35,156 nucleotides of DNA from a virus (taxonomy: Duplodnaviria > Caudoviricetes), in IMG/VR virus record IMGVR_UViG_3300044676_003227, positions 1 through 35,156 of that record; one strand, written 5' to 3'. Both the position numbers and the translations under genes were made by a program. Below the pieces are notes generated by a model. It had not been told where the DNA came from, searched no databases, and saw nothing but the letters and a program-made list of their open reading frames with translations. Positions 15,546 to 24,588 of this stretch are shown in pieces (position 1 is the first letter of the stretch; the number at the start of each line of letters is the position of its first letter).

Positions 15546-18500
15546 TGGGCAACATGTCGAGAGGGCAAGAACTAACCCTTGGGGATGGTCTAGGCTTAGG
15601 CACTACCCTTACTCTTGGTGATGGAGGTTTAACGCTGGAATCTGAAGCGACCCCCATCTTTTCCTCGATTATGACAAACACCATTTCCCCCGCCATAAGT
15701 ACAGGGGATTCTAGCCCCACCTTCACTAGAGCCACCACAGCCACAGTTACAGACTTTGAAGGCTTGGTTAAAACCGTTAATAGCGGAGAGGCTAGGTTTC
15801 AGGGTGCGCGTAGGGTTGAGAATCTTTGCGACTCTCCACAGGATTTTAACAGCTCCGATTGGGCTGCAAATGCCGACATATCTGAGACTCATGGCATAAC
15901 AGACCCAGACGGAGGCACTACGGCGGTAAGGTTAGAGTGCGTAGCGGGGGCTAATGAGCTTTTTAGAAACACCATGAGCGCAACCATTGGGGAGGATTTA
16001 GTCAATACATTATGGGTAAGGAGTAATAACGGAACTACTAGCGTAAACCTTTTAACCCCTACTTCTGGTAGTGTATTGATCTCAATAACAAGTGAATGGC
16101 AGAGATTCTCTACGGGCGTGGTGACTACAGTTGCCGCAGCTAAGTACGCTGGTGTTAGGTTAATATCCATAGGGGATGAGGTTGACATTGCTTTTTCTCA
16201 AGTTGAGCTAGTCACCGGCCAAGCCAACCAGAATCCATCTGAGTATGTGAGTGTAGGTGGTGGGAATGGAGTTGAAAACGTAGCTAATACGACGCTTGAC
16301 ACCACAGAAGACATAGACGCGTTCTCTGGTGCGACACTCTCAGTAGCTAGCAACGTGCTAAGAGTTACCAGCGCCGGTAATCAGTACAGCGGCATATATG
16401 TAGATTTTGCAGCCCCCTCAGATATGATAGCGGGCGTACAGTATCTGTTTGGTTATACTCTTACTGGCGGCACTTACGGAGGCAATATAAGTTTGTCGTC
16501 TGACGGCCAAAACCCGCCAGCAGGTGCAACGCTCGCGGTTACAGCGGATGCACCTATCGTGGTATCAGCTCTTATGGAGCCGGATTTGCTCACTAACGGC
16601 GTTAATGGCCGTAGGATGCGTATTCGGTTTGAGTCAGCGCATTCAGCAGGCGAATACTTTGAGGTTTCAGACTTTTTCTACCAGCGCACAGAACACGGCG
16701 CTAATGTAGATGCAGTTCAGTATTTCAGCACTGAAAACGGCAACACTGTTTCAAGCAACGTAGTCACGGAAGCCACAGGCCCAGCGATTAACTCCAGCAA
16801 TAGCAAGTACGCGGTACTGCCGGGAAATAGCGGGGACTATTTTAGTACGCCTGATTCGGTGGCTAGTTCAATTACGGGTGATATAACAATTAAATGCTCT
16901 GCCGCACTAACAACTTGGTCTGCGGCACAAGCGTTGGTGGCTAAGTTTAGCGCAGGGTCTTACGCCTTGAGAATGTCAGGCGGGAAACCAAGATTTACAG
17001 CCATTGGCACCAACGGGGTAGACGTATCTTCCACAGCGGCCCCGACGCTAATTGACGGCGTTACAGCACATTTTAAGGTAGATTTTGACGCAGATAACGG
17101 TGCGGGTGGGAGTGACACAACCTTTTACACGTCCGCTTCGGGGCTAGAAGGGACATGGGTTCAGCTTGGGGCTGTTATTACTACCGCCGGGGTATGCGTA
17201 ATAAATGATACTGCCGATAAGGTAGAGGTAGGCGCGAGAGCGGGCGGCTTAGCGGAGATAGCAACAGGGAAGGTGTACAGCGCACAAATATTCAACGGTA
17301 TTGAGGGGGAGGGAGGCACACTAGCCGTAGACTTCAACCCTAACAACTCAGACGGCACAAGCCCTTGGACAAGCGACACAGGCGAGGAATGGACAGCCAA
17401 CGGCAATACGTCTATCTATGTCGGAGAGTGGGACGCAAGCGGGCCTAAAGGCTATCTATCAGAGGGGGCGAGGGAGAATTTGATTCTTAACTCTGATGTT
17501 ATGGTGACTCAAAACATAACTACCACAGCAGCAGAGCGCACATTATCATTTTATGGAACGGGTACAGTCACGCTAAGCGGAACCTCAACAGCAGGCCCGC
17601 TAGTAGGCACAGGCGCTAATGACCGAGTATCTCTGACCTACACACCGACAGCGGGAACATTAACGCTAACCGTATCAGGCACAGTAACCAACGCTCAGGA
17701 CGAGTTAGGTAGCTTTGCTTCATCTTGGATACCAACGGCAGGAACAGCAGTCACCCGCAACGCAGACCAGCTATCCTACGCCACAAGCGGCAATTTCAGC
17801 GACACAGCAGGCACAGCGTATGCAGAGGTAGAGGCTACGGATTGGACGTATGCGGCGGGGCAGATACTTGGCGATGGTACAGAAGCACCGCTAATAGCCG
17901 ATAGCCAGAAGGCGGGAGACTTTCCGGGTGCTTCAGGGGATTACTTCTCTACGCCTGACAGTGTGGATAATAGTATCACCTCAGACATTACCATTGCTGT
18001 TTATGCAACTGCTGTCAACTGGGGAGCCAATCCTTATGATACCCTTGCCAGTAAATTCGTTCCCGGTAGTTTTTGCTACCGCTTCTACATAGATAATATT
18101 GGTAGACCAAGACTGGGGATATCCCCTGATGGGTCAGCGATTGTTGAAGCACTAGCTACTGTAATTCCTACCCTTGTTGATGGTGTAGGGTATTGGCTCC
18201 GAGCAACATGGGACGATTCAGCAGATTTGTGCTCATTCTATATGAGCAGTGAACCTGCAAGTACACCCGTAGCTGATATCCCTTGGGTACAAATTGGAAC
18301 ATCTGTGTCTTTAGTCTCCGCTGGTATTTTTGACGGGGGTGCTGCCTTCGAGGTGGGGGCGCGTGGTGTAGGGACAGTTGACATATTTGAGGGTACAATG
18401 AAGTATTGTTACTTACTACCCTCGGTAGACCCAACAACAGACCCCTCTGTAGCTTTTAGTGTCAACGATTCAGACGGTACAAGTCCGTGGAATAGTTCAA

Positions 18501-18814
18501 CCACAGGTGAAGCGTGGACAGCTAACGGTAATGCAGCGATTATAGCCACTGATGCCGCACTGGTTAAGGCGTATGACGGCACTAACACCGCTATAGGCCC
18601 AACGGACACCACTAACGGTATAGAGAGCATTGCAAGCACTTGGAATGGCGGTCTTATAGCCTATGACAACGCTGTAGCGGGTGATACGCAGAGCTATGCC
18701 GGAGCCTTCAACCTTGCACAGCTTAATGTGGGGCAGACAGGGTTTTACGGAACAATCCGAAACCTGAAAATATGGGATAGGGTTATCACTCAAGAGCAAC
18801 TAGATTCATTATGA
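15545..18814 (+). CDS. Large fibre/receptor-binding protein with carbohydrate-binding and duplicated LamG-like domains
   Basis: Scaffold motifs TFTRATTAT, GYLSEGARENL and SSWIPTAGTAVTRNAD; internal repeat; ATG 15545 overlaps the upstream TAA. Confidence 0.8.
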   Translation: MGNMSRGQELTLGDGLGLGTTLTLGDGGLTLESEATPIFSSIMTNTISPAISTGDSSPTFTRATTATVTDFEGLVKTVNSGEARFQGARRVENLCDSPQDFNSSDWAANADISETHGITDPDGGTTAVRLECVAGANELFRNTMSATIGEDLVNTLWVRSNNGTTSVNLLTPTSGSVLISITSEWQRFSTGVVTTVAAAKYAGVRLISIGDEVDIAFSQVELVTGQANQNPSEYVSVGGGNGVENVANTTLDTTEDIDAFSGATLSVASNVLRVTSAGNQYSGIYVDFAAPSDMIAGVQYLFGYTLTGGTYGGNISLSSDGQNPPAGATLAVTADAPIVVSALMEPDLLTNGVNGRRMRIRFESAHSAGEYFEVSDFFYQRTEHGANVDAVQYFSTENGNTVSSNVVTEATGPAINSSNSKYAVLPGNSGDYFSTPDSVASSITGDITIKCSAALTTWSAAQALVAKFSAGSYALRMSGGKPRFTAIGTNGVDVSSTAAPTLIDGVTAHFKVDFDADNGAGGSDTTFYTSASGLEGTWVQLGAVITTAGVCVINDTADKVEVGARAGGLAEIATGKVYSAQIFNGIEGEGGTLAVDFNPNNSDGTSPWTSDTGEEWTANGNTSIYVGEWDASGPKGYLSEGARENLILNSDVMVTQNITTTAAERTLSFYGTGTVTLSGTSTAGPLVGTGANDRVSLTYTPTAGTLTLTVSGTVTNAQDELGSFASSWIPTAGTAVTRNADQLSYATSGNFSDTAGTAYAEVEATDWTYAAGQILGDGTEAPLIADSQKAGDFPGASGDYFSTPDSVDNSITSDITIAVYATAVNWGANPYDTLASKFVPGSFCYRFYIDNIGRPRLGISPDGSAIVEALATVIPTLVDGVGYWLRATWDDSADLCSFYMSSEPASTPVADIPWVQIGTSVSLVSAGIFDGGAAFEVGARGVGTVDIFEGTMKYCYLLPSVDPTTDPSVAFSVNDSDGTSPWNSSTTGEAWTANGNAAIIATDAALVKAYDGTNTAIGPTDTTNGIESIASTWNGGLIAYDNAVAGDTQSYAGAFNLAQLNVGQTGFYGTIRNLKIWDRVITQEQLDSL
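16820..18532 (+). repeat. Intragenic ~200-aa domain duplication (16820-17407 and 17924-18532)
   Basis: PGNSGDYFSTPDS..SIT.DITI versus PGASGDYFSTPDS..SIT.DITI; both end SDGTSPW...TGE.WTANGN. Confidence 0.9.
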
Positions 18815-19053
18815 GATACAGACCTGGAGAGCACTTAGTAATATCTGACATATCTGGTCAAAAGATACGCAGCTCTGAGTCCATAAAGGATTGGCGCGGT
18901 CTTATTATGGAGCGTGATAATTGGTCTGAGAAGCACCCACAGCTAGACATTAAGCCGAGAGCAGAAGATATAAGCGTACAAGATGCGCGGCCTCGGCAGT
19001 CTGATACTTGGGCAGCAGGCCAAGGGCCAAACGATACTAAAATAGAGTTTTAA
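18811..19053 (+). CDS. Small virion-module protein
   Basis: SDISGQK...WRGL...EKHPQ...DARP pattern; ATGA overlap. Confidence 0.75.
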   Translation: MRYRPGEHLVISDISGQKIRSSESIKDWRGLIMERDNWSEKHPQLDIKPRAEDISVQDARPRQSDTWAAGQGPNDTKIEF

Positions 19054-19055
19054 TC

Positions 19056-20381
19056 ATGGCGGCAACACTAAGCAAGACAGCAGAAGATATTATCACCAGC
19101 GCCTTACGGTCTGCTGGTATTATTCGTCCTGACCAAGTGATACAGGCTAGGGATTTGGCAACAGGTCTTGAGGTCTATAACACCCTGATTAAGCGGTGGC
19201 AGACTCAGGGCGATCACTTGTGGGCTAGGGACGAAGGTGTATTGTTTCTTGATAACGCCAAAGAGTCTTATTCTATTGGGCCATCTGGTGATGAAGCAAC
19301 TACAGCCAGTGATTTTGTATCCACTACCACAAGCGCGGCTCTAGCAGCGTTAGACACTACCGTTACTGTAGCCTCAACTACTGGCATGAACGGCGCTAGT
19401 AATCTATTAGCTTCGATTAGCCCAATATCAACCCAATTCTGGACTGATGGCAATAGCGGCGTTACTTCTGTTGTGGCCTCGGCGCTTGTCTTGACTAATG
19501 GCGCGGCTACGGCTGGTTATTCTGATTACACTATGGCTTGCACTGTGGGTAATACCTACATTGTGCGCTCTGCCTATGTGTTGGGCACGTCCTCAAGCGC
19601 AACATTGTCGATCATAGACCCAACGGATGCCAGCGTATTAGCTACGGATACTGTTGCGGCATCCGCAACGGTAGAGCTTGAGTTCACAGCAACACAAACA
19701 TCAATGACCTTTAGGTTAGCTAACGTATCTACCACCTCTGGGCATACCTCATCTATTACCACACTGACACAAATTGATAAAAGTCAAGGAGATAAGATAG
19801 GCATAAAACAGGACGATAACACCCGCCATTGGACAAATATAGTAGAGGTGCTAAGTGCTACCCAAGTTGTTTTGAATACTGGCATGGTGTCGGCGGCGGC
19901 TTCTGGAGCGCAAGTCTTTGTTTATTCTAGCATTATTGATAGGCCGCAAAGGTGCTATAACTATCGCACTGAGACTATTGGCAGCAACAACGAAATACCC
20001 GTACAGCCTTTTTCAAGGCAAGAGTATATGCAGCAGCCTAACAAGGGCAGCACAGGTACAGTTGTCAGTGCGTACTACAGTCCGCTATTGACTAATGGAA
20101 AAATGTACGTCTGGCAAACAGCGCAAGACTGCAACCAAGTATTATATTTTACCTTTGATCGCCCATTGCAAACAGCTACACTCGCAAGCACTCCAGACGT
20201 ACCAGAGGAGTGGTATGACGCGCTCAAGTGGAACATAGCCAAAGAGCTGATAGCTGAGTATCGAGTGCCAGCGGAAAGGGCGCAAGTTATTATATTCAAC
20301 GCAGAGCAGACGCTAGACCAAGCCCTTGATTATGATGAGGAAAATCAGAGCGTAAACGTACAGCCAAGTTTTGGGGGCTAA
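19056..20381 (+). CDS. Head-tail adaptor (P22 gp4-like) with inserted beta domains
   Basis: TAEDIITSALRSAG N-terminus, DVPEEWYDALKWNIA C-terminus; directly upstream of the gp10-like gene. Confidence 0.7.
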   Translation: MAATLSKTAEDIITSALRSAGIIRPDQVIQARDLATGLEVYNTLIKRWQTQGDHLWARDEGVLFLDNAKESYSIGPSGDEATTASDFVSTTTSAALAALDTTVTVASTTGMNGASNLLASISPISTQFWTDGNSGVTSVVASALVLTNGAATAGYSDYTMACTVGNTYIVRSAYVLGTSSSATLSIIDPTDASVLATDTVAASATVELEFTATQTSMTFRLANVSTTSGHTSSITTLTQIDKSQGDKIGIKQDDNTRHWTNIVEVLSATQVVLNTGMVSAAASGAQVFVYSSIIDRPQRCYNYRTETIGSNNEIPVQPFSRQEYMQQPNKGSTGTVVSAYYSPLLTNGKMYVWQTAQDCNQVLYFTFDRPLQTATLASTPDVPEEWYDALKWNIAKELIAEYRVPAERAQVIIFNAEQTLDQALDYDEENQSVNVQPSFGG

Positions 20382-20382
20382 C

Positions 20383-21813
20383 ATGACCCAGATACCGCTA
20401 GGCAACGGCTTCTACAAGAGCGCATCTACTCCAGTATCGGCGCAAGAGTGTACGAATATGTACCCCGTTTATCCTCAGTCAGATGCTTTGTCTGAGGCTG
20501 TGCTATTTCCTACACCTGGAACTGAATCGCTTATAGCGGGTGATGCATCTGCAGTAAGGGGCGGCATTGAGTTTCTAGGCTGCCCATACATCATAAATGA
20601 TAACACCCTATACCGTATTGACCAGTCTGCTTCACAGACCTACTCAAAGACCTCGCTAGGCACTATTAGCGGTGTTGGTAGAGTCTCGATAGCTAAGAAC
20701 AATACGCAGATTTGTATCGTGGTTCCAGGCGGTGATGCTTACATCTACTCTGTGGCTGGCGGCTTGGTTACTATTACTGATGTTGACTTTGATGGCCCTG
20801 CTAATACTGTTGATTACATTGACGGTTATTTTATATTTACCAAGGCTAACAAGTTTTGGTGCTCAGACTTAAACGATGGCACTAGCTATAACGCGCTATT
20901 CTTTGCTACGGCAGAGGTAGACCCTGATAACATTGTCGGCTCGCACGTTTATAAGAATCAGCTATTCATCTTTGGCACTAAGGTGACAGAGGTTTACGAT
21001 AACGTAGGCGGTGCAGACTTCCCCTTCCAGCGCATTGATGGCTTTATTATTGATAAGGGTTTAACTTCTCCCTTTGCGGTTGCTGATTTTGATGATACGT
21101 TTATATTTCTTGGCGCTGGTGAGAATGAACAGCCTGCTATCTGGCGGGTTGAGGGCAGTACACCCATAAAGGTTTCCACTACTGCTGTTGATAATGTTAT
21201 TCAGGGATTGACAGAACTGGATTTATCTACAGCTTTTGTACAGACTTACTCACAACGCGGGGCTTATTTCGCGGCCTTTACCTTTGTTTATGAGTGCTTA
21301 GTATTTGAATCTATCGCAAGCGCCTTTGCTCAACGCCCTATATGGCACAAGCGGGAATCACAGATAGGCACTATAGCGGTTAAATGGCGTGTAGGGGTGA
21401 TTGTTAAAGCCTTTGGCCGATTGATTGTGGGCGATAGCTTTGATGGCGCTATTGGTGCGCTTGAGCCTGATGTTTATACAGAATATGGCAACAATATACG
21501 CAGATTATGGAGCGGCCCCCCTGTTGGTGCTGCTGGCGAGCCTATATTCTTACATGACTTTGAATTAACACTAGAATCCGGCACATCTCCAGAGGGCGAC
21601 GAGGGCTTTATTGATTTTGCTATGTCCTTTGATGGTGGCAGGACTTACGAATACCAGATGATTCAGTCTATTGGTAAAATTGGCGAGTACGGCAAGCGAT
21701 TAATATGGGACAGACTAGGCAGAGCAGATCGCTACGTTAATTACCGCATTAGGTTTACAGGTAATATGAAGTTAGTGCTAATAAGGGCTGATGGAGGCTT
21801 TGACATTGGCTAA
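20383..21813 (+). CDS. Tail hub / packaged DNA stabilisation protein (P22 gp10-like)
   Basis: YIDGYFIF, FATAEVDPDNIV, FGTKVTEVY, FPFQRIDG, SFDGGRTY, GKIGEYGKRLIWDRLG. Confidence 0.85.
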   Translation: MTQIPLGNGFYKSASTPVSAQECTNMYPVYPQSDALSEAVLFPTPGTESLIAGDASAVRGGIEFLGCPYIINDNTLYRIDQSASQTYSKTSLGTISGVGRVSIAKNNTQICIVVPGGDAYIYSVAGGLVTITDVDFDGPANTVDYIDGYFIFTKANKFWCSDLNDGTSYNALFFATAEVDPDNIVGSHVYKNQLFIFGTKVTEVYDNVGGADFPFQRIDGFIIDKGLTSPFAVADFDDTFIFLGAGENEQPAIWRVEGSTPIKVSTTAVDNVIQGLTELDLSTAFVQTYSQRGAYFAAFTFVYECLVFESIASAFAQRPIWHKRESQIGTIAVKWRVGVIVKAFGRLIVGDSFDGAIGALEPDVYTEYGNNIRRLWSGPPVGAAGEPIFLHDFELTLESGTSPEGDEGFIDFAMSFDGGRTYEYQMIQSIGKIGEYGKRLIWDRLGRADRYVNYRIRFTGNMKLVLIRADGGFDIG

Positions 21814-22048
21814 AATAGCGGTTCCAGGCCGAGATGATTCTATACTTGATAGACTCGGAAAGCCTATACAGCGGTTTAATGCGTGGATGAACGCAGTTAC
21901 TAGCGGCGCTGAAACCCTTGAGGGCGATGGAAGCCCAGAGGGTGTAGTGTCTGCGCCTGTTGGTAAGAAATATGTCGATACAACGGCAGATGATATATAC
22001 ATGAAAGCGACTAACGGCGGCAACACTGGCTGGAAGAAGCTTAACTAA
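21806..22048 (+). CDS. Small tail protein
   Basis: GDGSPEGVVSAPVGKKYVD...YMK...GNTGW; TTG start with GGAGG RBS. Confidence 0.7.
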   Translation: MAKIAVPGRDDSILDRLGKPIQRFNAWMNAVTSGAETLEGDGSPEGVVSAPVGKKYVDTTADDIYMKATNGGNTGWKKLN

Positions 22049-22072
22049 GTTTTAATACAGTGTAATTTGCTG

Positions 22073-22144
22073 TATAATCTTGATAATTATAGCGTTTGTG
22101 ACCCGTTCGGGTAGTTCGCAAACACTCCAATGCAGCCTAGACGC
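22073..22144 (+). promoter_or_regulatory. TATAAT followed by candidate structured leader of the ejection genes
   Basis: TATAAT 22073-22078; gtttgtga/tcgcaaac stem around accc-gttc-gggt; alternative stem gcgtttg/tagacgc. Confidence 0.45.
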
Positions 22145-22171
22145 GCTGATACTTTAAGAGAATAGCGTATT

Positions 22172-22738
22172 ATGGGCGGTTTATCAGATGCCATCTTTGG
22201 TAGTGCAGGCAAATCTAGGTCAGGTGCTACTAAGGGCGATATAAAGCGAGCACAGGAATTCATTGAGAAGGCCACAGCTCAAGCCAGAGAAGATATTTTT
22301 GCTATAGCGCCTCAAGCTATGGAAAATCGGCTGCTTGGTCAGTCTAGCGCCTTTGATTTGGTGCAACAAGGCATTCCAGCACAGTTGGGAGCCTTTCAGG
22401 GCGGCGGTATGCAAGCCCAAAACACTAAAGCGCAGGGCTTAAACCCGCAAATACAGGCACTTTTGGGTATTCCTATGGATGCTGTGCCTACACCACAAGC
22501 CTTGCCGACTAACATCGACTTTTTAACTCAAGCGCAGATGCCCCAATTTAATCAAGAGATTACAGCGGAGCAGGTGCAGCTTGACACTCCAAACAAGCGC
22601 ACACAAATGCTATTAGATAAATATGCGGCTGGAAAGCTGAATGAAGAAAGGGCGCTTAAGCGACTAACTAAGGATGGCAATAAGTATCCTGGCGTATCAA
22701 TGGATCAGGCTGTAGCTCTATTGGGAGGTTACGCATAA
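22172..22738 (+). CDS. Ejection (DNA transfer) protein, gp7-like position
   Basis: MGGLSDAIFGSAG; Q/A-rich; first of four coupled genes after the tail hub. Confidence 0.65.
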   Translation: MGGLSDAIFGSAGKSRSGATKGDIKRAQEFIEKATAQAREDIFAIAPQAMENRLLGQSSAFDLVQQGIPAQLGAFQGGGMQAQNTKAQGLNPQIQALLGIPMDAVPTPQALPTNIDFLTQAQMPQFNQEITAEQVQLDTPNKRTQMLLDKYAAGKLNEERALKRLTKDGNKYPGVSMDQAVALLGGYA

Positions 22739-24588
22739 TGCCGATGATTACCCTACCTAACGGGCAGCAAGTAAACATGCCATACAATCAAGGTGGCGCT
22801 CAGTATCAAGGCTTAGGCTCTGGTATTGCAGGCGCTACTCAGACAGGAAGCAATGGGCAGCAGTTTTATAATCAGATGCAACCTCCACAGCAGCCTCCAG
22901 CACAGCCTAGATTTTTTGGCCCAAGCCAGCAGGAAATTGCAGAGAGAAAAGCAAATAGCGGCAACCTTAGCCCAGAGGAGTACCGGCGACAATTCGGCGC
23001 AAGCAACGACGAACAAAACAAGATTTATGGCGAGATGCTACAACTTCCTGGATATGTCCAGAAGACTCCGGGCGGCAATGTTCAACCTGGATTACAGCAA
23101 ATGTCATCTCTACAGGGCAGCTTTACTCCAGGCGCTCTTGACGCTAATGGCAACCCAACTAACGGAGGCATAAACCCTAACGGTATGTATACTGGTGGGC
23201 AGCAACAGCAGCCGCCACCCCAAACCGGCGCACAAAATACGGCAGGCACTCAGGCACAAACCACGGCGACTGGCGCACCAGAAGCGGCTGTAGACCCTTA
23301 CGGCAACCCTATAGCCCCTGTAGCGCCCCTTCCTGTCAATTACGGTTCTGCCCCCCCCATTGGTCTAGCTGGTTCCGAAGCTGCCTTGAGAGGCGGTTTA
23401 GAAGGCTCTCTGAGCGCATTAAATCAAGGCTTCGGCGCGGCATACAGAAATGTTGGGCAAACATACGGAACAGATCAGATAGAAGCGGCTCGCAGACAGG
23501 CGGCATCTAACACTCGCCAAGGTGTTGCTGGGTACAAGCCTTTTTTAAGTGCAGGTCAAGACTCAGTACAGTTACAGGCTGCTATCAGTGGCGCACTAGG
23601 CCCAGAGGCACAAGCACAAGCCTTTGCCGATATGCAAACCTCACCAGAACAGAAGTTCATTGAGGACAGGCAGCAACGCGCACTATTGGCGGCATCCTCT
23701 GCCATAGGTGGATTAGGCGGCGGTAACGTATTAACAGCTTTACAGGAGCAGGGCGCTGGCTTTGCCTCTCAGAACATTGCTGACAGGATAGCGCGATTGA
23801 ATCAGCTATCTACACTCGGCATTAACGCTGCTCAAGGTGGCGGTAACTTGCTAGGTCAAGACTCACAACTACAGATGCAGGGCGCAATGAAGCAGGCCGA
23901 TATACAAGGTCAAAGAGCGCAGACAATGGCTATGCTTGGTCAAAATAAAGCCCTTACTATGGCAGACCTTCTTACTGGTGCTGGACGCGATGTTGCTAAA
24001 GGTCGCACTGATGCGGGTAACGCTATATCCGATGCTATTGGAAATACTACGACCGCACTGGCTAACTTGCAGAATCAGCAGGGCGCTGGAACGGCTGACA
24101 TTATTGGCTCGGCTACAGATCAGCTGGCTAACATTGGTATTAATGCGGGTGAGGGCTTGGCTCTGGATCAGCAGCAGTTGATGACACTTCTTGCCAATCT
24201 AGCTACGCAGCAAGGTACTCAGTTGGGGCAGGCATCATTGTCTCGCGGCACGACTAAAACTGATGCCGGAGGTGGTCTAATGGGTGATCTTGCATCTATT
24301 GGTCAGGCGGCTGGAGGCATTGAGGCCATTGGCGCTGCATTGCCAGAACTAGCTGCTGCTGCTTCCAGTTTCTCTGACGCGAGACTAAAAACAAACATCG
24401 AAAGGATGGGCGCTACGGCGGCAGGAACAAACCTATATCAATGGGATTGGACTGATGAGGGCAAGGCTATTGCTGGCGACCAACCCACCTACGGGGTGAT
24501 TGCTCAAGAGGTGCAAAAGACACAGCCTCACGCTGTTATGCGCGGCGATAATGGATACTTAATGGTTGATTATAGGAGGGTTGTGTAA
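22738..24588 (+). CDS. Ejection protein with C-terminal peptidase S74-like intramolecular chaperone
   Basis: G/A/Q-rich body with GLGGGNVLTAL; FSDARLKTNI...YQWDW...GVIAQEV...GYLMVDY. Confidence 0.8.
   Translation: MPMITLPNGQQVNMPYNQGGAQYQGLGSGIAGATQTGSNGQQFYNQMQPPQQPPAQPRFFGPSQQEIAERKANSGNLSPEEYRRQFGASNDEQNKIYGEMLQLPGYVQKTPGGNVQPGLQQMSSLQGSFTPGALDANGNPTNGGINPNGMYTGGQQQQPPPQTGAQNTAGTQAQTTATGAPEAAVDPYGNPIAPVAPLPVNYGSAPPIGLAGSEAALRGGLEGSLSALNQGFGAAYRNVGQTYGTDQIEAARRQAASNTRQGVAGYKPFLSAGQDSVQLQAAISGALGPEAQAQAFADMQTSPEQKFIEDRQQRALLAASSAIGGLGGGNVLTALQEQGAGFASQNIADRIARLNQLSTLGINAAQGGGNLLGQDSQLQMQGAMKQADIQGQRAQTMAMLGQNKALTMADLLTGAGRDVAKGRTDAGNAISDAIGNTTTALANLQNQQGAGTADIIGSATDQLANIGINAGEGLALDQQQLMTLLANLATQQGTQLGQASLSRGTTKTDAGGGLMGDLASIGQAAGGIEAIGAALPELAAAASSFSDARLKTNIERMGATAAGTNLYQWDWTDEGKAIAGDQPTYGVIAQEVQKTQPHAVMRGDNGYLMVDYRRVV

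Noticed and set aside
16820-18532. Fibre repeat as a DGR template/variable pair
   Set aside because: Both copies are coding and diverged at all bases, not just adenines; no reverse transcriptase in the window.
22092-22130. GTTCG and ACTCCA suggesting a tRNA
   Set aside because: No cloverleaf, D-arm or anticodon arm; kept only as a candidate leader structure.
23350-23358. Poly-C run as a phase-variation or frameshift site
   Set aside because: The frame is intact and the run simply encodes Ala-Pro-Pro in a Pro-rich region.
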